A stretch of 64,000 nt of DNA from Oscillospiraceae bacterium (lineage in GTDB: Bacteria; Bacillota; Clostridia; Oscillospirales; UBA644): the NCBI GenBank assembly GCA_015067305.1, contig SVMT01000001.1, positions 28,749 through 92,748 of the forward strand. Reading direction: 5' to 3'. Each line of letters opens with the position of its first letter. Positions within the stretch are counted from its first letter, which is position 1. The position numbers were made by a program, and so were the translations under genes. Shown here in pieces: positions 58,256-64,000 of this stretch. The notes beneath the pieces were generated by a model, which ran no database searches, had not been told where the DNA came from, and saw only the letters and a program-made list of their open reading frames with translations.

Positions 58256-61015
58256 ATGACTGAGATAGAAAAAGCAAAAGCGGCGAGAGAATTTGCCGAA
58301 TATTGGAAAGATAAAGGCTATGAAAAGGGCGAAGGACAAAAGTTTTGGCTGTCGCTTTTAGGTGATGTTTTAGGTGTGGAAGACCCTACAAAATATATTG
58401 AATTTGAAGTGCCTGTAAAATTGAATAATGGTGGACGAGGTTTTATTGATGGATATATTGCGCGTACTCATATTTTAATTGAGCAAAAAGGACGAAATGT
58501 TGGATTGCTTCAAGGTATAAAGCAATCTGACGGTTCGTTAATGAGTCCTTACGGCCAAGCTAAAAGATATGCAGATGTACTTCCATACGATGACCGAATT
58601 CGCTGGATAATAACTTGTAATTTTAAAGAGCTTTTTATTTATGATATGAACAATCCCCACGGCGACCCTGAAAAAATCCTTCTTTCCGAATTGGAAAAGG
58701 AATATTATCGCCTGCAGTTTATCGTTAAGGAAAACAGCGCTCTGACGAAAAAAGAGGAGACGGTTTCCGTTGAAGCGGGTACACGTGTGGGTAAAATTTA
58801 CGATGCACTTCTTGCGCAGTACAAAGACCCAGACGAGGATTCTTTGCGCAGTCTGAATATGCTTTGCGTGCGTTTGGTTTTCTGTTTGTATGCGGAAGAC
58901 TCAGGGCTTTTCGGCAGCCACACAATGTTCCACGATTATATGAAATCCCTGTCTGTGAAAGATATGCGCCGAGGTCTCATTGACCTTTTCAAGGTTTTGG
59001 ATACTCCCGTAAAGGAAAGGGACAAATATCTTGACGACGATCTGGCGGCGTTTCCTTACGTAAACGGTGGACTTTTTGCGGACGAAAATATAGAAATACC
59101 CAATTTCACGCAGGAAATTGCGGAACTTCTTCTGGAGGGTGCAAGCGAAAACTTTGACTGGAGCAGTATCAGCCCCACAATTTTCGGTGCGGTTTTTGAA
59201 AGCACCTTGAACCCCGAAACGAGAAGAAGCGGCGGTATGCACTATACGTCCATTGAAAATATACATAAGGTCATCGACCCTCTTTTCCTCAACGATTTGC
59301 GTGAGGAGCTTGACGGAATTCTGGAGCAGAAAGTTACCAAGACACGTGAGGCGAAGCTTGAAACATTCAGAGAAAAGCTTGGCGGTCTTACGTTCCTTGA
59401 CCCTGCCTGCGGTTCGGGCAACTTTTTAACGGAGACATTCGTTTCTCTGCGCAGATTGGAAAACGAGGCTTTAAGAGCCAAATATTCAGACCAGGTCCTT
59501 ATGGACTTCGGCGACACGGTAAAGGTACATATCGGTCAATTCTACGGCATTGAGATAAACGACTTTGCGGTATCCGTTGCGAAAACGGCGCTGTGGATAG
59601 CGGAACACCAGATGCTGAAAGAAACAGCGGAAATTCTTGAGCGCAATATAGACTTCCTGCCCCTCAAAACCTACGCAAACATTGTGGAGGGCAACGCCCT
59701 GCGCATTGATTGGGAGACCGTGGTGCCAAAGGATAAGCTGAACTATATTATGGGTAATCCGCCGTTTGTGGGATCAAAATTTATGACAGCTCAACAGCGT
59801 TTAGAGATTTCTGCTGTATATGGGAATAGCAAAAATTGTGGGGTTATAGATTATGTTTCAGGTTGGTTTTATAAAGCTGCAAGTTTTTGCTATAATACGA
59901 ACGTAAGAATTGCATTTGTATCGACGAATTCTATTACTCAAGGCGAACAGGTTTCTGCTGTATGGAAACCAATATATGAACAGTTTGGAATACATATAGA
60001 TTTTGCGTATAGGACTTTCAAATGGGGTAATGAGGCAAGTATAAAAGCCTTAGTGTATTGTGTAATTATAGGATATAGTTGTTCCATAGAAAAAGATAAG
60101 TATCTTTATGAGGAAAATTATAAGAAAAAAGTGTCTAATATAAATGCATATTTGGTTGATGCTGATAATGTTTTTGTGGAGAGCAGAACGAAACCAATTT
60201 GTGATGTTCCTGAAATTGGTATAGGTAATAAACCTATTGATGGTGGATATTATCTATTTACTGAAGATGAAATGAATGGGTTTTTAAAGGATGAACCACA
60301 AGCAAGAAAATATTTTCATCCTTGGTTTGGAGCTAATGAATTTTTATATGATAAAAAGAGATATTGTTTGTGGCTTGGTAATTGTTCACCAAAAGAGTTA
60401 AAGTCCTTGCCTCATTGTTTAAAACGCATTGAAGCTGTAAGAAATTATCGATTGCAAAGTTCAAGTTCTGGAACAAGGAAATTGGCAGAAAAACCTACGC
60501 GCTTTCATGTTGAGAATTTTCCGACAGATAACTATATTTTAATTCCAGAAGCTACAATATCTACAAGAAGATATATTCCTATGGGTTTTTTAACTCCAGA
60601 AATAATATGCAGTAATTTAGTAAAAATTATTCCAAATGGAAATATCTATCATTTTGGAGTATTGACATCAAATGTTCATATGGCATGGATGCGCTCAACT
60701 TGTGGGTATTATGGTCCGAGCTATCGTTATTCTAAGGATATTGTTTACAATAATTTCCCCTGGCCTACACCTACAGAAGCTCAAAAACAAAAGATAGAAA
60801 AAACAGCGCAGGCTATTCTTGACGCGAGGGCTTTATATCCTGACAGTTCCCTTGCCGACCTTTACGATGAATTGACTATGCCGCCCGAACTGCGCAAGGC
60901 TCATCAGCTTAACGACAAGGCTGTTATGGAAGCTTACGGGTTCTGGGGTAAACTCAATTCTGAATCCGAGTGCGTCGCGGAACTTATGAAAATGTATCAG
61001 GAGCTGACGAAATAA
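58256..61015 (+). CDS. MmeI-family type IIL restriction-modification enzyme (nuclease + N6-adenine methyltransferase + TRD in one chain)
   Basis: 919-aa ORF with an N-terminal PD-(D/E)xK-like motif FIDGYI...ILIEQKG, SAM motif I LDPACGSGNFL and catalytic motif IV GNPPFVG. The single-polypeptide architecture and size match MmeI-type enzymes. Confidence 0.82.
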   Translation: MTEIEKAKAAREFAEYWKDKGYEKGEGQKFWLSLLGDVLGVEDPTKYIEFEVPVKLNNGGRGFIDGYIARTHILIEQKGRNVGLLQGIKQSDGSLMSPYGQAKRYADVLPYDDRIRWIITCNFKELFIYDMNNPHGDPEKILLSELEKEYYRLQFIVKENSALTKKEETVSVEAGTRVGKIYDALLAQYKDPDEDSLRSLNMLCVRLVFCLYAEDSGLFGSHTMFHDYMKSLSVKDMRRGLIDLFKVLDTPVKERDKYLDDDLAAFPYVNGGLFADENIEIPNFTQEIAELLLEGASENFDWSSISPTIFGAVFESTLNPETRRSGGMHYTSIENIHKVIDPLFLNDLREELDGILEQKVTKTREAKLETFREKLGGLTFLDPACGSGNFLTETFVSLRRLENEALRAKYSDQVLMDFGDTVKVHIGQFYGIEINDFAVSVAKTALWIAEHQMLKETAEILERNIDFLPLKTYANIVEGNALRIDWETVVPKDKLNYIMGNPPFVGSKFMTAQQRLEISAVYGNSKNCGVIDYVSGWFYKAASFCYNTNVRIAFVSTNSITQGEQVSAVWKPIYEQFGIHIDFAYRTFKWGNEASIKALVYCVIIGYSCSIEKDKYLYEENYKKKVSNINAYLVDADNVFVESRTKPICDVPEIGIGNKPIDGGYYLFTEDEMNGFLKDEPQARKYFHPWFGANEFLYDKKRYCLWLGNCSPKELKSLPHCLKRIEAVRNYRLQSSSSGTRKLAEKPTRFHVENFPTDNYILIPEATISTRRYIPMGFLTPEIICSNLVKIIPNGNIYHFGVLTSNVHMAWMRSTCGYYGPSYRYSKDIVYNNFPWPTPTEAQKQKIEKTAQAILDARALYPDSSLADLYDELTMPPELRKAHQLNDKAVMEAYGFWGKLNSESECVAELMKMYQELTK

Positions 61016-61021
61016 CTCCTT

Positions 61022-61071
61022 CCCAACCGCCGAGACCGCCCTGCATTTGCAGGGCGGTCTCGGCGGTTGGG
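61022..61071. other. 50-bp perfect GC-rich palindrome directly after the R-M gene
   Basis: CCCAACCGCCGAGACCGCCCTGCA-TT-TGCAGGGCGGTCTCGGCGGTTGGG. No U tract follows. Confidence 0.9.
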
Positions 61072-61081
61072 GGGTGGGGAG

Positions 61082-61227
61082 AAGGCGTAAAATGCGTACG
61101 GGTTTTGGCGGTTAAGGTACAAAGTAAGTACGGGTTTCGGTGGTTAAGGTGTGAAGTGCGTACGGGTTTTGGGCTTAAGGCGTAAAGTACAGTAACTTTC
61201 AGAGTTTAAGGTGCAAAGTTTGTGTTG
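61082..61227. repeat. 4.6 tandem copies of a degenerate 31-32-bp unit
   Basis: Units start at 61082, 61114, 61146, 61177 and 61208. Rough unit pattern: AAGG, ~4 variable nt, AA, ~5 variable nt, TACGGGTTT, then a G-rich tail ending TT; copies 4 and 5 are strongly degenerate. Confidence 0.85.
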
Positions 61228-61337
61228 AAAAAATTTATTGTTTTTGCAGGTTGGCGGTCTGTGAGAGTGTGCAGGGAACAGAGTTAAGTATGTCCGATTG
61301 TTTAAGTTTATTTTGTAAAATTGTTCTATTTGAGCTA

Positions 61338-61366
61338 TTGACAAAATCACGGTATCGTGATATAAT
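61338..61366 (+). promoter_or_regulatory. consensus promoter with an embedded palindromic operator
   Basis: TTGACA 61338-61343, 17 nt, TATAAT 61361-61366. The spacer contains ATCACG-GTAT-CGTGAT. Confidence 0.7.
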
Positions 61367-61388
61367 GATTATGAAAGGAATGATTCAG

Positions 61389-61643
61389 ATGCCTGTATTG
61401 TCAAGATTTTATGGAATTATAATTCGTATGTATTTTTTGCAAAAAGAACATAATCCACCGCATATTCATGCGATTTATGGGGAAGATGTTGCTGCGATCA
61501 CTATTGGTGATGGAACAGTTTTGGAAGGTGCTTTGCCTAAAAAGGCGTTGGAATTGGTCAGAGAATGGATAACGGTTAATAGATCTGAACTTCTTAAGAT
61601 GTGGGAAAGTCAGGAATTTAAACAATTACCACCATTGGAATAA
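61389..61643 (+). CDS. DUF4160-family protein
   Basis: From ATG 61389: MPVLSRFYGIIIRMYFLQKEHNPPHIHAIYGEDVAAI.... The NPPH(I/F)H signature is typical of DUF4160. Confidence 0.78.
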   Translation: MPVLSRFYGIIIRMYFLQKEHNPPHIHAIYGEDVAAITIGDGTVLEGALPKKALELVREWITVNRSELLKMWESQEFKQLPPLE

Positions 61644-61655
61644 AGGAGAATTGTG

Positions 61656-62087
61656 ATGTTTCATAAAATAAAAAATGTTTCGGCTTTGGCCGATTACCGT
61701 TTGAGTGTTCAGTTTTCCGAGGGCTGTACAAAAATTTATGATGTGAAGCCGCTGTTTGAGTTGATTCCTGTTTTCAATGAGCTTAAAGATCAGAATTTGT
61801 TTTCTGATGTCTGCGTTGATGTGGGAGGTCACGGAATAGTTTGGAACGACGACCTCGATCTTTCTTGCGACGAGCTTTGGGAAAACGGTGTCAGTGTTGA
61901 GACCCCTTTCGATGGACTTATGGCTTTCAGTGATGCGACTGCTCTTTGGTCATTGAATGAGAGCACTTTGCGAAAGGCTATAAGTTATGGTAAACTTGTT
62001 GAAGGAGTAGATGTCTGCAAGTTCGGAAAACAGTGGGTCGTTTCTCAAAAAGCCATGCTGAGGGAGTATGGCGAACCGACAGCGTAA
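61656..62087 (+). CDS. DUF2442-family protein with C-terminal HTH-like extension
   Basis: AAGGAG lies 7 nt upstream of ATG 61656. Sequence is MFHKIKNVSALADYRLSVQFSEGCTKIYDVKPL...GGHGIVWNDDLDLSCDELW, then ...LNESTLRKAISYGKL.... Confidence 0.72.
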   Translation: MFHKIKNVSALADYRLSVQFSEGCTKIYDVKPLFELIPVFNELKDQNLFSDVCVDVGGHGIVWNDDLDLSCDELWENGVSVETPFDGLMAFSDATALWSLNESTLRKAISYGKLVEGVDVCKFGKQWVVSQKAMLREYGEPTA

Positions 62088-62100
62088 TTTTACAATATTT

Positions 62101-62137
62101 AAAACCGTATGAGAGTTTTTCCCATACGGTTTTTTGT
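62101..62137. terminator. bidirectional intrinsic terminator
   Basis: AAAACCGTATG-11 nt-CATACGGTTTTTT, with an A run before it and a T run after it. Lies between convergent genes. Confidence 0.8.
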
Positions 62138-62141
62138 TTTA

Positions 62142-64000
62142 TTATGCTTTTTTGTAGAAGATTATTTTTGAGCCGTGTTTTTCTGCGATGGTGACGTGGA
62201 AACCGTTTGCAATGAGGTCTGAGCCGTTGAGAGCTGTTTTGGTTTGGGTGTCTGCGTCGGTGAATATGTAAACGGCGTTTTCGTCGATGCCTCCGAGAGT
62301 GAAGCTTGCGGTCTCGTAGGGGGAGTTGTCGCGGCGGAATGCGAGGATTATGCCGTCGCCCTGTTCGGGTCTGTCAAACTGCCGGGCGCTCCAGATGTCG
62401 GTTCTGTCGCTGACCTGGGTGAGGGGGTAGAAGTCCTCGGACATATAGGGGCGAACCGTCAGGTACTCGTTGAGAATTTCTCTGAGCCATTCAATCTTTT
62501 CGGGATCGTCGCCGAAGTTTTCTCTTTCGCTGAATGCGTAACCGTAGTTCAGCGCTGTGCTGTAAGCACTTCTGACTCTGTATGTGTCGTAGATCCTGCC
62601 TGTTCCCGAACCTGAATAGGGCATCCAGTTATTGAATGAAAGGTTGTGGCACTGTACGCCTTCGGGTATGTGGTTTGCGGGACACTGGTAGTCGCTTCTC
62701 CAGAGGGGAATCGATCTGCGGAGAGTCTCTATGTCGATCCTTCTGCCGCCGCTTGCGCAGTTGTCTATGAGCAGGTGGGGGAATTTTTCAAGAAGTGCGT
62801 CCCAGAGTTTGTATAATCCGTTGACGTATTTGATCTCGTTGATGCCTTTTCTGTCGTCATCTTCGCCGATCTTCCAATAATCTAAGGGGTTGAAGTTGAA
62901 GTCCACGCGGAAACAGTCGATTCCGATATCTTCGATCATTCCGCTGACGGTGTCGAAGCAATACTGCCATGCGTCGGGGTTTCCGAGGTTTAAAAGCAGG
63001 TTTTCTTCGTCTTCCCAGTCGGGGAAAATGAAGTATTCGGGGTGTTCTTTTGCAATAGGTGTTGATCTTCTTACTCTTTCACATTCAAACCAAAGGAGGA
63101 ATTTTTTGCCTGCGTCATGGATTGCTTTCGATACATCTTTCAGCCCATTGGGATGAATTATGGGGCTTACTCTCCAGTCGCCTGTGTGTTCGGGCCAGTC
63201 GCCTTCAAATTCATCGGGGGTAGGAGCTGTTTGTCCGCCGTACCAGCCTGCGTCCATCCAGATGTAGTCGTAGGGAATGTTGTTTTTGTTGAGAGTGTCG
63301 ATTCGTTCAAGAACGGTCTTTGAAGTCATTCCGCCCCAAACAGATGCACAAAGAGGTCCGTATTTGTCTCTGCCTTCTTTGCCGATGAGGGAGAAATTCT
63401 CTTTTACAAGTTTACGCCATTTGTTTTGGCTTTCGGTAACAGTTCCTTCATAAGGCATGATAACGATTGAAGAGGTTCTGATCTTTTCACCGGGAAGAAG
63501 TCTGAAATTTGTGTTTTCGATTTTTGTTTTTACGGAAACATTGTTCGTGTAACGTTTAATTGAGCAGTTCCACTGACCTGACCAACCGATTGCAAGAATG
63601 TAGCCTTTGCCGTCTTTGTGGATGTTGAAGAAAGGTGCATTTCCTTGGCTTGATCTGCCGCCGCTTGAGGAGAATCTCTTTTCTGCCGTTACGGGGAGAT
63701 GTCCTTCGTAGTGGTTGTCCTTTTTTCTGTCGGGGAATGATGTGAATTCTTCAAAGCTCCAGTCAGAACCTTTGGGAGCATAAACTGCGGTGATGTCTTC
63801 GAATTCGGGCTGGAAAGATCTGTATTGTGCAGGTGCTTCATATGGCATGGGGAGGATCACGTTACAGTCACGGATATTGGAGAATATTTTGGAGGGTTCG
63901 TCTGTGGGGTTTTCAAGCCAGTTTACCCATTCGTAAGCGTCTCCGTGCTTTGTGAGGATATTCGTGACTTTTATGCCGTCTTCAAAGGTGTACACAGTGG
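62142..64000 (-). CDS. GH36 alpha-galactosidase, 5' end probably beyond the window
   Basis: The frame is open to the window edge, and the ORF-track start at 63995 is a GTG. Motifs are YIWMDAGWY, GDWRV...PNGLK, CFRVDFN and NCASGGRRID (GH36 CxSGGGR-type). Confidence 0.8.
   Translation of the reverse strand, partial: TVYTFEDGIKVTNILTKHGDAYEWVNWLENPTDEPSKIFSNIRDCNVILPMPYEAPAQYRSFQPEFEDITAVYAPKGSDWSFEEFTSFPDRKKDNHYEGHLPVTAEKRFSSSGGRSSQGNAPFFNIHKDGKGYILAIGWSGQWNCSIKRYTNNVSVKTKIENTNFRLLPGEKIRTSSIVIMPYEGTVTESQNKWRKLVKENFSLIGKEGRDKYGPLCASVWGGMTSKTVLERIDTLNKNNIPYDYIWMDAGWYGGQTAPTPDEFEGDWPEHTGDWRVSPIIHPNGLKDVSKAIHDAGKKFLLWFECERVRRSTPIAKEHPEYFIFPDWEDEENLLLNLGNPDAWQYCFDTVSGMIEDIGIDCFRVDFNFNPLDYWKIGEDDDRKGINEIKYVNGLYKLWDALLEKFPHLLIDNCASGGRRIDIETLRRSIPLWRSDYQCPANHIPEGVQCHNLSFNNWMPYSGSGTGRIYDTYRVRSAYSTALNYGYAFSERENFGDDPEKIEWLREILNEYLTVRPYMSEDFYPLTQVSDRTDIWSARQFDRPEQGDGIILAFRRDNSPYETASFTLGGIDENAVYIFTDADTQTKTALNGSDLIANGFHVTIAEKHGSKIIFYKKA

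Noticed and set aside
61082-61227. Possible CRISPR array
   Set aside because: The ~32-bp units are directly adjacent with no spacers, are degenerate rather than identical, and no cas genes are nearby. It is a tandem repeat, not a CRISPR array.

Overview
Read by eye from the sequence and the ORF track; no searches were run. This is an origin-proximal chromosomal segment of a low-GC Gram-positive, Clostridia-like genome. Minus strand, left arm: prfB (partial), metallophosphoesterase, cobB, glyQS, gyrA, gyrB, remB, recF, dnaN, two GH36-like paralogs, dnaA. At ~18.1 kb this diverges from plus-strand rpmH, rnpA, yidD, yidC, jag, a CN-hydrolase/GDPD fusion and mnmE. Next come pflA and a split pflB (minus), a ~2-kb accessory islet (hicAB, a Zn-ribbon ORF, two tandem structured RNAs), secA, comM, surface and GH lipoproteins, parA-parB with three perfect parS sites, serS, GH43, sanA and an AraC-type regulator. 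A 9-kb minus-strand block follows: pfk, dedA, a trmB fusion, mnmG, ispF, a four-helix-bundle gene, rpsR-ssb-rpsF and orphan ORFs. The window ends with comEB, murE, an MmeI-family type IIL R-M gene, a DUF4160/DUF2442 pair and a truncated GH36 gene. I recognised no rRNA, tRNA, CRISPR array, transposase or integrase. The non-coding DNA is the unusual part. (1) A type I toxin-antitoxin-like cassette with two facing consensus promoters sits between remB and recF, and an orphan paralog of its antisense RNA lies at 36.4 kb. (2) Two tandem ~164-nt RNAs have their own consensus promoters, identical terminators, an identical 27-nt apical hairpin and covarying stems, upstream of an unknown Zn-ribbon protein. 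(3) Two families of strictly 7-nt-periodic arrays (TTAGGNN and TGCANNN) sit at gene boundaries and often bracket genes or operons as inverted pairs. (4) Several hairpin/REP-like repeat families are present, plus a 135-bp inverted-repeat-bounded module found in two inverted copies. (5) The origin layout is odd: two glycosidase genes lie between dnaA and dnaN, no DnaA boxes were seen in the rpmH-dnaA spacer, and a second dense DnaA-box cluster lies 39 kb away. (6) pflB is split so that its glycyl-radical domain is a separate 80-aa ORF. Family names (R1, R2, T1, M135, heptad arrays) are my own labels.
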